Assembly: GCA_964346175.1 (NCBI GenBank)
Contig: CAYFTG010000002.1
Location: forward strand, 735-64,734
Source: an uncultured Mageeibacillus sp.
GTDB taxonomy: Bacteria; Bacillota; Clostridia; Saccharofermentanales; DTU023
Length of the DNA: 64,000 nucleotides
Direction: 5' to 3'
The first letter of the stretch is position 1, and each line of letters starts with the position of its first letter. The notes below the pieces were generated by a model. It worked only from the letters and a program-made list of their open reading frames with translations, did not search any database and was not told the origin of the DNA. Both the position numbers and the translations under genes were made by a program. Below, one piece after another: positions 40,884 to 49,993 of the stretch.

Positions 40884-42434
40884 TTAAGCTTGGGAGTCTG
40901 TGTTGTGCTCTTGCCACAGATCGGCAATCAGCTCCTGCAAGAGATCGCGCGTCTCACGATAAACAGCTTCTGCTTGTGCGTAGGGATCGATGACGTCAAT
41001 AGCTGCATCTGCGGCTAAGCCCCGTGCCCACTCGGAGAGAGTTTTAATCTTGTCTTGCTCGTGGGGTGCAATAGAGTGCAGCATATCACGCTGGTTTCTC
41101 GTCATGGTAGCAACGATATTCGCCTCATCCAGCAGTTCTTCCGTTAGTTGAACGGAGCGATGTGCCGCTATATCTATGCCTACTTCACGTAAAACACTAA
41201 TCGAATGTGAAGAAGCCGGAAGTCCATCCATTGTGTAAAGTCCCGCCGATAGGGCTCGCCATTTGCTCGTTGAGCCATGCTGCTGTTCTTCTGCATAAGC
41301 ATTAAACAAGGCCGCGGCCATCGGACTGCGGCAAGTGTTGCCCGTACAGACAAAGAGAATTGTCTTGGCTTCTACTTCACCAGAGTCGTCAGGGGCACAG
41401 GCTTTACTGAGACGATTCATATATGCTTCGGCCCCAGGCAAAGCCTCTGCCAAGATGACATCCACTCCTTCAGCGTCCAGTGCCCGCAAAGCGGCAAATA
41501 ATTCTTGAGCGGCTGACTCGTGTGGTTTTTTTGCGAAAAAAAGATAAGTACTGATCCTGCTCTCGTCTATCTCGTAGAGCTGTTGCAGTTTTTCCCAACT
41601 TTTATCATTAATAAAAACTCCTATTTGCTTGTCTGCAAACTGGTCAAGAATTTGAATAAGCTGAGCTAATAAGTCGTTCTCGTTCCCGCCACAAAATTGA
41701 ATAACTCTGGCGTTGGGAGCGTAATGCCGATACTTCAAACCGGGCGAGGCCGGATGTTCCAGATCAGCCGTCTTCAAACTCTCCGCAAAAGACTGAACCT
41801 CAATACCGCTACGCTCTTTAATTTCAGCTGCTGTGATTACACCGGGACGCAAAATACGTGGTTCCGGGCTCTGCAAGTCCAGCACGGTTGACTCGAGCCC
41901 TAAGGCTGTTGCGCCACCATCGATGATGTAAGGGATTTTATCTTGGAAATCGTCTAGGACGTGGGAAGCACGTGTTGCGCTGGGCCTGCCGGAAAGATTG
42001 GCGGAGGGAGCTACTACCGGAGTATCAACCAGGCGCAGAAGTGTCTGACTGATTTCCTGATCGGGGAAGCGCACTGCCACAGTGTCAAGTCCGGCGGAGA
42101 CGATGTCGGGGATGAGATCCGACTTTTCTAAGACAAAAGTTAAGGGGCCGGGGCAAAAGGCATCATATAATTGATAAAATTCTTGGGGGATGTTCTTGGC
42201 TACCTGCTCGATTTTTGTTTTGTCGGGCAGGTGCACTATGAGTGGATTATCCTGCGGTCTCCCCTTCAGGAGAAAGATCTGCTCTACTGCCTTTTCGTTC
42301 AAGGCGTTGGCACCGAGACCATAGACCGTTTCCGTCGGGAAAGCCACAATCTCGCCAGCTCGCAAAGCTTGAGCGGGCTCCTGTAGAAGCTGCTCCAAAT
42401 CGTTCGTGTCTGCTGTGATTACTTCAGTCTTCAT
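40884..42434 (-). CDS. L-threonylcarbamoyladenylate synthase (Sua5/YwlC type) fused to a low-molecular-weight protein phosphatase (YwlE-like)
   Basis: 516 aa. The N-terminal YrdC/Sua5 domain contains GEIVAFPTETVYGLGANA and SANLSGRPS, followed by the Sua5 C-domain. The C-terminal roughly 160 aa carry the LMW-PTP P-loop ILFVCTGNTCRSPMAA and a distal DP (IDPY) motif. Confidence 0.85.
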   Translation of the reverse strand: MKTEVITADTNDLEQLLQEPAQALRAGEIVAFPTETVYGLGANALNEKAVEQIFLLKGRPQDNPLIVHLPDKTKIEQVAKNIPQEFYQLYDAFCPGPLTFVLEKSDLIPDIVSAGLDTVAVRFPDQEISQTLLRLVDTPVVAPSANLSGRPSATRASHVLDDFQDKIPYIIDGGATALGLESTVLDLQSPEPRILRPGVITAAEIKERSGIEVQSFAESLKTADLEHPASPGLKYRHYAPNARVIQFCGGNENDLLAQLIQILDQFADKQIGVFINDKSWEKLQQLYEIDESRISTYLFFAKKPHESAAQELFAALRALDAEGVDVILAEALPGAEAYMNRLSKACAPDDSGEVEAKTILFVCTGNTCRSPMAAALFNAYAEEQQHGSTSKWRALSAGLYTMDGLPASSHSISVLREVGIDIAAHRSVQLTEELLDEANIVATMTRNQRDMLHSIAPHEQDKIKTLSEWARGLAADAAIDVIDPYAQAEAVYRETRDLLQELIADLWQEHNTDSQA

Positions 42435-42446
42435 CTGCGCTTGTAA

Positions 42447-43526
42447 TTATGCTTCACGCATAGCTTCTTCGTGTTCGGCGGCCACCAAAGCCTCGATGAT
42501 TTCATCAATGTCACCCATGAGAATAGCGTCCAACTGATACAGTGTCAGACCAATCCTGTGATCAGTGACTCGACCCTGAGGATAATTATAGGTACGGATG
42601 CGCTCGCTGCGGTCGCCGGTTCCCACTTGGCTTCGGCGTTCACTGGCGATGGCATCGGCTTGCTCACCCTGCTTAATGTCCAGGAGTTTAGTGCGCAAGT
42701 GCTTCATGGCTTTATCACGGTTTTTGTGCTGAGAACGCTCATCCTGACAGGTAACTACAGTCCCCGTTGGTATATGCGTAATGCGAATGGCGGAGCTTGT
42801 TACGTTAACATGCTGACCGCCCGCACCGGAGGCGCGATAAGTATCGATCTGTAAATCAGACGGATCGATTTCGATGTCCACTTCTTCTGCTTCAGGCAAA
42901 ACCGCTACCGTGACTGTAGAGGTATGAATGCGCCCGCCCGACTCAGTCACAGGCACGCGCTGGACACGATGGACGCCACTTTCATATTTCAAGCGGCTGA
43001 AGGCACCTTTACCTTCTATCATGAATACTACTTCCTTTAAACCGCCAATACCGGTTTCATGGGAATCAATAATTTCTGTGGTCCACGATCTGTTCTCTGC
43101 GTAGGCCGTGTACATGCGGAAAAGTTCAGCGGCAAATAAGCCTGCCTCGTCGCCGCCGGCTCCGGCACGGATTTCGACAATAACGTTCTTATCGTCGTTA
43201 GGATCCTTGGGCTGAATTGCCAGTAGAATATCTCGGTCTAATTTCTCCTTCTCTGCTTCCAAGTCAGAAATCTCAGTGCGGATAAGCTCACGAAAATCAG
43301 CCTCGTCAGTTTCGTGCAAGAGTTCAGTGTTTTCTTTTAACTCCGCCTCGACTTCACGCAAACGACGCATATTGTTGACCAGGGGCATTAAAGCTGCGTG
43401 CTCCTGTGTATACTTTTTATAAAGCTGTTGATCGCGCATTACTTGGGGATCCGCAATTAGCTTGTTCAGCTCCTCATAGCGCAGCTCACTCGCTGTCATA
43501 TTGTTTTCATCAATGTTTAATTCCAT
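42447..43526 (-). CDS. prfA: peptide chain release factor 1
   Basis: 359 aa. Contains the PxT-type tripeptide region and the GGQ motif (SGAGGQHVN). Confidence 0.96.
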   Translation of the reverse strand: MELNIDENNMTASELRYEELNKLIADPQVMRDQQLYKKYTQEHAALMPLVNNMRRLREVEAELKENTELLHETDEADFRELIRTEISDLEAEKEKLDRDILLAIQPKDPNDDKNVIVEIRAGAGGDEAGLFAAELFRMYTAYAENRSWTTEIIDSHETGIGGLKEVVFMIEGKGAFSRLKYESGVHRVQRVPVTESGGRIHTSTVTVAVLPEAEEVDIEIDPSDLQIDTYRASGAGGQHVNVTSSAIRITHIPTGTVVTCQDERSQHKNRDKAMKHLRTKLLDIKQGEQADAIASERRSQVGTGDRSERIRTYNYPQGRVTDHRIGLTLYQLDAILMGDIDEIIEALVAAEHEEAMREA

Positions 43527-43640
43527 ATACTCTCTCTTTATTAACGTCTTAGTCTAAAAATTATCGGTGCTCTCACCTGATTTATTTTACTGTAAGAAAT
43601 ATGGCTTGTCTTGTCCCTAAATATTCTACTCTATACCGAC

Positions 43641-43676
43641 TAAGTTCATTTTCGTGCCTGGCACGATTCTTGACTT
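43641..43676. repeat. 36-nt palindromic intergenic repeat, copy 1
   Basis: TAAGTTCATTTTCGTGCCTGGCACGATTCTTGACTT matches 56449-56484 at 34 of 36 positions. The core CGTGCC-N-GGCACG is a perfect palindrome flanked by AAGT...ACTT. Confidence 0.8.
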
Positions 43677-43681
43677 CTTCG

Positions 43682-44581
43682 TCAGCCAAAGGGATTTAAT
43701 TCTCTCAGCTCAAAGATGAGTACCCGTGCGTTACCACCGTAATCATTTAGTTCGCGTACAAAAGAAAACAGGGAGTCTGCAAATATTTCCTTGATTGCAG
43801 CTCTCTGATCATAAGCGTGCTCGACTGCCAAGATAGCTCCTGGTCTTGAGTGTTCGGCTGCCTCAACGGCTAATCTCCGGTAAAAATCCAAACCGTCAGA
43901 ACCGCCATATAACGCCTGATAGGGTTCAAAGTGAGCTACTTCAGGCATCAGTTGCGCCATATCTTCCCGCTTAATGTAAGGAGGATTGCACGTAATTACA
44001 TCATACTGTTCTCCGTTGTTCGGCCAGAAATCACATTCCCAATGCGAAACCTCTTTCTCTACAGCATGCCTCTTAGCGTTACGCCGAGCTATCTCCAAGG
44101 CTTTCTGCGAATTGTCACAAAGGTCCAAACGGTTAATAATGTGGTCCGCTTTCAACTCAAGCAAGAGACTGAGACCAATACAGCCACTTCCGGTGCAGCT
44201 ATCCAAGACGGAAATGCCGTTACCGGAACTTGAATAGCGCTCCCTTATTTCTTGCAAAACCGCTTCCACTAAAATTTCAGTGTCAGGACGAGGAGTCAAA
44301 ACGTCTTCCGTGACATAAAAGGGTCGCCCATAAAAGTAGACTTCGCCCAGTATCTGCGACAAGGGTTTGCGTCGGCACCTCTCCTGCACTGCCTCTTTTA
44401 TCTCGTATTGCAGCTGAACATCCACTTCGTGTTCCGGATGGCGCAACTGTTCTAGTCGGTCAAAACCGCTAAACGATTCCAAGATTATTGCTGCCTCTAG
44501 CGATGCATCCTCAATTCCGCAGGAAGACAATTCCTGCTCAATCTCATTGAGAATATGCTTAATAGAAGATTTATTAGTCAT
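43682..44581 (-). CDS. prmC: release factor glutamine N5-methyltransferase PrmC (HemK)
   Basis: 299 aa. SAM motif VLDSCTGSGCIG and catalytic NPPY. Confidence 0.92.
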   Translation of the reverse strand: MTNKSSIKHILNEIEQELSSCGIEDASLEAAIILESFSGFDRLEQLRHPEHEVDVQLQYEIKEAVQERCRRKPLSQILGEVYFYGRPFYVTEDVLTPRPDTEILVEAVLQEIRERYSSSGNGISVLDSCTGSGCIGLSLLLELKADHIINRLDLCDNSQKALEIARRNAKRHAVEKEVSHWECDFWPNNGEQYDVITCNPPYIKREDMAQLMPEVAHFEPYQALYGGSDGLDFYRRLAVEAAEHSRPGAILAVEHAYDQRAAIKEIFADSLFSFVRELNDYGGNARVLIFELRELNPFG

Positions 44582-44631
44582 TGGCTTACCGATTAATTTA
44601 GAAAAATTCTATGACGATAGATTCAGACGGG

Positions 44632-45795
44632 CTACCAATCATCTTCCCCGTCATCTTCCGGAATGACAGCTGCCATAGCGGCAATCGAAACTTCCAACAT
44701 AGAGTCATCGGGCTCTGCTGTTGTTAGATTTTGCAAGGCTAAGCCCGGCTTGGAGAGAATCCGCGACAGTTTACTGTCACTACGGCCAGCGAAACGAGTA
44801 ATTTCATAGGTGATCCCTGCTACTAGAGGTACCAGCACGAGGCGCAAGAGCACATTGACCCAGACAGAGTAACGACCTATCAGCGCAAAAACCAGAATGC
44901 TGATGAACATAAACAGAAAGAGGAATGAGGTTCCGCATCGCGGATGTTGCCTTGGCTGTTGGCGACAATTATCCACTGTCAGCGGTAGACCCGCTTCATA
45001 GCAGGCGATGGTTTTATGCTCTGCTCCATGATACTGCCAGACGCGCTTGATCTCTTTCATCTTGGAAGTAGACCAAACATATAAGAGGAAGATAAACATT
45101 CGCAGGACGCCTTCGATCAGAGACAGTAAGAAGACGCCTCCGAAAGTTCCATTGTGGCCTAAGCCTGTCAGAGAACGAATTAGATCCGTAATCAGGCTCG
45201 GGATCAGAACGAAAACCGCTACCGACAGTAACAGAGATACGAAGACAGTCAATGTCATAGCTAAACCTTGATGGCGCTCCAGAAAACTATCCAGCTTACT
45301 TGCTTCCTCAACTTCTTCTTCAGTCGAGCTGAGTTCTGCTGAGCGCATTAATGCGTTGACACCGGTGCGCAACTGAGTGACTAAGCGCACAGATCCACGC
45401 AAAAACGGGACATTGAAATTACTGCTGCGTTGCGCTCTAGGTTTCACCTGCAAATCAATCTCTCCCGATGGCAAACGAACAGCGGTCGCCTGCTTATCAG
45501 GTCCCAACATCATCAATCCTTCAATTAGAGCTTGACCGCCAATACTGGTTTTCTTAGCAGCTCTTTGCACTGCGACATCAGGAACAGTCACAGTCACATT
45601 AGGATCCGCTTCCGCTTCCGCTTCTGCCTCAAGCTCAGTTGTAACGGCCGACTCCACTGACTCGGCTTCAGCAGTTGCAGCTTCAAGCTCCGCAACATCT
45701 GACTTGAGCTCTGTAAGTTCAGCATCCTCAAAAGACGCTTCCGGAACAGGATCGTTTTTTAGATTGAAATTATTGGTTTCAGTCAATTTAGGCAC
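44632..45795 (-). CDS. DUF1385-domain membrane protein with an acidic N-terminal extension
   Basis: The DUF1385 core starts at IGGQALIEGLMMLGP and includes YHGAEHK. About 85 preceding residues are Glu/Ala-rich. The true start is uncertain, because in-frame GTG codons exist near VTVTVPD. Confidence 0.75.
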   Translation of the reverse strand: MPKLTETNNFNLKNDPVPEASFEDAELTELKSDVAELEAATAEAESVESAVTTELEAEAEAEADPNVTVTVPDVAVQRAAKKTSIGGQALIEGLMMLGPDKQATAVRLPSGEIDLQVKPRAQRSSNFNVPFLRGSVRLVTQLRTGVNALMRSAELSSTEEEVEEASKLDSFLERHQGLAMTLTVFVSLLLSVAVFVLIPSLITDLIRSLTGLGHNGTFGGVFLLSLIEGVLRMFIFLLYVWSTSKMKEIKRVWQYHGAEHKTIACYEAGLPLTVDNCRQQPRQHPRCGTSFLFLFMFISILVFALIGRYSVWVNVLLRLVLVPLVAGITYEITRFAGRSDSKLSRILSKPGLALQNLTTAEPDDSMLEVSIAAMAAVIPEDDGEDDW

Positions 45796-45833
45796 CTAGA
45801 AAAAGGAGGAGCTGCGAGCTCCTCCCAGAATTC

Positions 45834-46046
45834 TTATTCCCCGCGCTGCATGCGCTTTTTAAATTTGTCTACGCGTCCACCGGTATCCACGAGCTTCTGA
45901 CGGCCTGTGTAGAAAGGATGGCATTTGGAACAAATGTCAATTCTCATTTCATCAATAACAGACTTAGTTTCAAAAGTCTCACCGCAAGCACAGCGTACTG
46001 TACAATCTTTGTATTCAGGATGAATATTATCTTTCATGCTTCTCAC
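45834..46046 (-). CDS. rpmE: 50S ribosomal protein L31 (zinc-binding type)
   Basis: 70 aa. Contains CxC...C..C (CACG...[10 protein letters not shown]). Confidence 0.95.
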   Translation of the reverse strand: MRSMKDNIHPEYKDCTVRCACGETFETKSVIDEMRIDICSKCHPFYTGRQKLVDTGGRVDKFKKRMQRGE

Positions 46047-46309
46047 CTCTCATGGCAATCGCGCGAAAACAATTAGCCTCGTATGCGATTCCAGAATTAG
46101 CTATTTTTAGCCGAATTAGATTGTATACCCCCCTTATAAGACTGTCAAGCATTCGGCTGCTCTGTAACCTGAATATTTTCACAGCAATCGACATAGCAAT
46201 CTCCAGGTGCAGAGACTAAAACCTACTCTTAAATTACGACGTATAATGTTAGCATTATCACAAATGAAGTGATATTTTTTGACAAACATTAAAAACGTAG
46301 GAGGGAAAA

Positions 46310-47938
46310 ATGAACAACGCAATTTTTAAAGTACCGGAAGCACGCAATGAAGCCATCTTGGCCTATGCACCCGGCAGCAAAGCTCGAGAAAACCTGAAGC
46401 TCGAACTTGAGCGTCAGAGCAAAATGACAGTTGAGATACCGGTCGTCATTAACGGAGAAGAAATCTTTACCGGAGACAGCGAATCAGTTGTAATGCCGCA
46501 TGAACATAAACACGTCTTGGCAACTACGCACTTGGCGAGCGAAGATGAAATGAAACAGGCAATTGCTACTGCCTTAGAAGCTAAAAAGGAATGGGCGCGC
46601 ATGCCTTTCGAGCATAGGGCTGCTATCTTCCTCAAGGCTGCCGATCTGCTGGCTGGACCTTGGCGGGATCGCATCAATGCAGCAACGATGCTGGGCCAAA
46701 GTAAGACAGTGATCCAATCAGAGATCGACGCCGCTTGTGAGCTTTGCGATTTCTTGCGTTTCGGTGTCGCCTGCGCCGAAGAGATTTATCAACAGCAGCC
46801 TATGAGCACTCCCGGTGTCTGGAATCGGCAAGAGTATCGCCCTCTGGACGGTTTCGTCATGGCAATTTCCCCTTTCAACTTCACCTCCATCGGCGGCAAC
46901 CTCGCTATCGCACCCGCATTGATGGGCAACACAGTGATCTGGAAACCTGCTCGCACTGCCGCCCTCTCTAACTACTATGTCTTTCAGCTCTTACTGGAGG
47001 CAGGCCTACCGGCGGGAGTTATCTCCTTCTTACCCTCACGCGGCAAAGATGTCGACCAACATATCCTAAGAGATCCCCACTTGGGAGGTTTTCATTTCAC
47101 CGGCTCGACCGCTGTCTTCCAAAATGTGTTCAAAGTCGTCGGCGAAAACATTAGTTCCTACAAGCAATACCCGCGCCTCGTCGGGGAAACCGGAGGTAAG
47201 GATTTTGTCTTTGCTCATCCAACAGCAGATATTGACACACTTGTAGCGGGCTTAGTGCGTGGCTCCTTCGAATACCAGGGGCAAAAATGCTCTGCCGCTT
47301 CCCGTGCCTATATTCCTCAATCTATCTGGCCAGAAGTCAAAGATAAACTCCTAGGAAAAATCAAAGACTTAAAAATGGGCGATGTTCGTGATTTCACAAA
47401 TTTCCTATCAGCTGTCATCGACCGCAAAGCATTTACAAAGATCTCACAGGCGATCGAAAACGCGAAAGCCTCTGCCGATGCGGAAGTTCTGATTGGCGAC
47501 TACGATGATAGTGTCGGTTATTTCATCTCTCCCACTGTAATCCTAGCCAAAAAAGCTGATTACTCAAGCATGAAAGAGGAGCTCTTCGGCCCGGTCCTGA
47601 CTGTCTATGTCTACGAAGACGAGAAGCTCGAAGAAACCTTGACTCTGTGTGACGAAACTTCACCTTACGCTTTGACCGGAGCGATCTTCGCACAAGACAG
47701 AGCTGCCATCGTCGCCATGGAAGCGGCATTAAGTAGCGCAGCCGGCAATTTCTATATTAACGACAAACCCACCGGCGCTGTAGTGGGGCAACAGCCTTTC
47801 GGCGGTTCGCGCGCCTCCGGCACTAACGACAAAGCCGGCAGTGTCCTGAACCTCCTGCGCTGGGTTAGCCCGCGTACCATCAAGGAAAATCTCTTGCCTT
47901 CTGAAGATATCAGCTATCCCTTTATGAAGGAAAGTTAA
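46310..47938 (+). CDS. pruA: L-glutamate gamma-semialdehyde (1-pyrroline-5-carboxylate) dehydrogenase
   Basis: 542 aa aldehyde dehydrogenase. Catalytic region FEYQGQKCSAASR, plus ETGGKD and EELFGPV motifs. Confidence 0.88.
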   Translation: MNNAIFKVPEARNEAILAYAPGSKARENLKLELERQSKMTVEIPVVINGEEIFTGDSESVVMPHEHKHVLATTHLASEDEMKQAIATALEAKKEWARMPFEHRAAIFLKAADLLAGPWRDRINAATMLGQSKTVIQSEIDAACELCDFLRFGVACAEEIYQQQPMSTPGVWNRQEYRPLDGFVMAISPFNFTSIGGNLAIAPALMGNTVIWKPARTAALSNYYVFQLLLEAGLPAGVISFLPSRGKDVDQHILRDPHLGGFHFTGSTAVFQNVFKVVGENISSYKQYPRLVGETGGKDFVFAHPTADIDTLVAGLVRGSFEYQGQKCSAASRAYIPQSIWPEVKDKLLGKIKDLKMGDVRDFTNFLSAVIDRKAFTKISQAIENAKASADAEVLIGDYDDSVGYFISPTVILAKKADYSSMKEELFGPVLTVYVYEDEKLEETLTLCDETSPYALTGAIFAQDRAAIVAMEAALSSAAGNFYINDKPTGAVVGQQPFGGSRASGTNDKAGSVLNLLRWVSPRTIKENLLPSEDISYPFMKES

Positions 47939-47965
47939 AGGCACTGGCAAAACTAAGCAACAAAG

Positions 47966-48001
47966 AAGAGCCGCTGATTGGTAATTCCCTCAGCGGCTCT
48001 T
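47966..48001. terminator. bidirectional terminator hairpin between convergent pruA and the flavoprotein operon
   Basis: 12-bp stem AAGAGCCGCTGA / TCAGCGGCTCTT with a 12-nt loop. It is flanked by A-rich sequence on the left and T-rich sequence on the right. Confidence 0.65.
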
Positions 48002-48027
48002 CTCTTAACTTCTATTTACTTTGCAGA

Positions 48028-49179
48028 TCAGACGACCGAACTTTCGGTCGGCAACAAGCCTCCGTCTTTGAAACGGCTGACATTAAGACAAGTCACGTCA
48101 ATATCCGCTTCCTCGCCCATAATCTGTTTAGCTATGACATGACCTGTGACAGGTGCCAGCATGAAGCCGTGACCTGAAAATCCTGCGGCAATATAAAAAC
48201 CCGACAATTCAGGATCTTCATCGTAGATGGGCTGTGCATCTGCTGTCATGTTATAAAGCCCTGCCCACTGGCGAACAACTTTCAAGCGACCAAGTCGCGG
48301 CATCAAAGTGGTACAGGTCTTACTCATTTTTTCCAAAAACTGCCACGAAGATGTCAAGCGCAAATCTCTGGGCTCGCTGTCGTCACTCCGCCCCATAATA
48401 AATGAGCCGTGCGGAACCTGCTGAATATAAATGTTAAGGGAAAAGCCCATAAACATTGGATCCTGCATAGGTTCGACCGGTTCTGTTACCATGATTTGGT
48501 GTCGCCTTGAGAATACCGGCAGATTTGAGCCTGCCATTTCTGAGATCAGTTTGGAATAGCCACCGGCTGCATTTACTACGACCGGAGCAGAGATATCACC
48601 CTTGTCAGTCCGCACACCTGTAACCTTAGCACCGTCCCGTAGGATTTCGCAAACTTCAGTATATTCGTAAATACTCACGCCCAGACTACGTGCTGCTTCC
48701 GCAAACGCCTCGGTCGTACGGAAGGGATTCAAGTGGCCGTCTCTCTGGCAGAAAGTTGCTGCCTTGATTTTCGTTATATCGAGGTGAGGCATAATTTCAC
48801 CAGCCTCTTCCGGGCTGAGGAAATCAGATTCAATGCCCAGACTGTGCTGCAGATTTACGTTTCTTCTGAACTGTTCTACTTCCGCATCAGTTCCGGCAGC
48901 AATCAAGTACCCGCCCTGCTCGAACTCGATATCAATGTCATTATGAAAAATATCTTGTGCATTTTCAAAAAACTCACAGGAATATTTTGATAAAAGACAG
49001 TTCAGCTCTGTCCCCCACTGCATACGGATCCCTGCACCACACCGGCCGGTAGCGCCACTGCCAAGGAAATTCTTCTCAATCACGGCAACGTTTTTGACAC
49101 CCTCACGAGCCAGATGAAAAGCAATCGAGAGGCCTGAAATGCCACCACCTACGATTACAACATCAAATGTTTTCTGCAT
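48028..49179 (-). CDS. FAD-dependent oxidoreductase, DAO/sarcosine-oxidase-beta family (putative catalytic subunit of a proline or imino-acid dehydrogenase)
   Basis: 383 aa. N-terminal FAD fold DVVIVGGGISGLSIAFHLA. The C-terminal GFSGHGFMLAP is typical of the DAO family. Confidence 0.8.
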   Translation of the reverse strand: MQKTFDVVIVGGGISGLSIAFHLAREGVKNVAVIEKNFLGSGATGRCGAGIRMQWGTELNCLLSKYSCEFFENAQDIFHNDIDIEFEQGGYLIAAGTDAEVEQFRRNVNLQHSLGIESDFLSPEEAGEIMPHLDITKIKAATFCQRDGHLNPFRTTEAFAEAARSLGVSIYEYTEVCEILRDGAKVTGVRTDKGDISAPVVVNAAGGYSKLISEMAGSNLPVFSRRHQIMVTEPVEPMQDPMFMGFSLNIYIQQVPHGSFIMGRSDDSEPRDLRLTSSWQFLEKMSKTCTTLMPRLGRLKVVRQWAGLYNMTADAQPIYDEDPELSGFYIAAGFSGHGFMLAPVTGHVIAKQIMGEEADIDVTCLNVSRFKDGGLLPTESSVV

Positions 49180-49993
49180 TTTCTTCGCTCCCTTTCGCTA
49201 ATATATCCATTGAAACCGGAGTAGCCGGCGGCCGGAAACTGCCACCTTCAAATTCTTCCAAGGAAACTCCGGCATCTTTAGCCAGTTCATTTAGAATCAC
49301 TTGGCGGCAACTGCGCCCTTGGCAAGGTCCCATTCCTGCGCGACTTCTATGTTTGATCTCATCTACAGTTTTGTAACCGCGTGCTATGAGATCGCGGATC
49401 TCGTCTAAGTCAATTCCTTCACAGCGGCACACGATCGGAGCCTCTTCCTCCAGTTCCTCAGCCTCATAAGTGGAAAGCAGAGCCGTTTCTTCGCTAATTA
49501 TGGAAAAAGAGCGCACATCCTGAAGATAGTCTTTGGGTATTTCCAGAGTAACCAGTGGCGTCTTGCCTTTTCCACCTTTCATGACGCGAGTAACTGCGGC
49601 CGGGAACAGCTCACTGCCGTCGCGGCCTCTCGCCATTACTTGATCGCCCCTTTCAGGAAGAGGCAGATACTCATACGGCAACATAATCGTGCCTTTGTCC
49701 CCCTCCATAGATTCATCAATAATAAAAATGGCCAGACCGGGGCAAACTCTGGCACAGACAGCACAACCTGTACATTTAGAGAAATCTACAAACGGTAAGT
49801 CGTTTATATTTTCAAAAGGATAAATAGCGTTGAAGCGACAGGAAACTACGCAAGGGTTACAGGGTATTTCTTCGAAACATTCGATGACTGCGTAAGGGCC
49901 CCGCTTTTTATCACTTTCATTTGGCAGACGACCTTGGAGATTGTCTGCAGTAGCCAAACCTTCAATTCTTAATTGTGTCAAATCAGTCTTCAT
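49163..49993 (-). CDS. iron-sulfur subunit (ferredoxin-type 4Fe-4S plus BFD-like 2Fe-2S domain)
   Basis: 276 aa. Contains CNPCVVSC and CTGCAVCARVCP. The C-terminal CRCEGI...GPCQGRSC resembles a BFD-like [2Fe-2S] motif. Confidence 0.7.
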   Translation of the reverse strand: MKTDLTQLRIEGLATADNLQGRLPNESDKKRGPYAVIECFEEIPCNPCVVSCRFNAIYPFENINDLPFVDFSKCTGCAVCARVCPGLAIFIIDESMEGDKGTIMLPYEYLPLPERGDQVMARGRDGSELFPAAVTRVMKGGKGKTPLVTLEIPKDYLQDVRSFSIISEETALLSTYEAEELEEEAPIVCRCEGIDLDEIRDLIARGYKTVDEIKHRSRAGMGPCQGRSCRQVILNELAKDAGVSLEEFEGGSFRPPATPVSMDILAKGSEENAENI

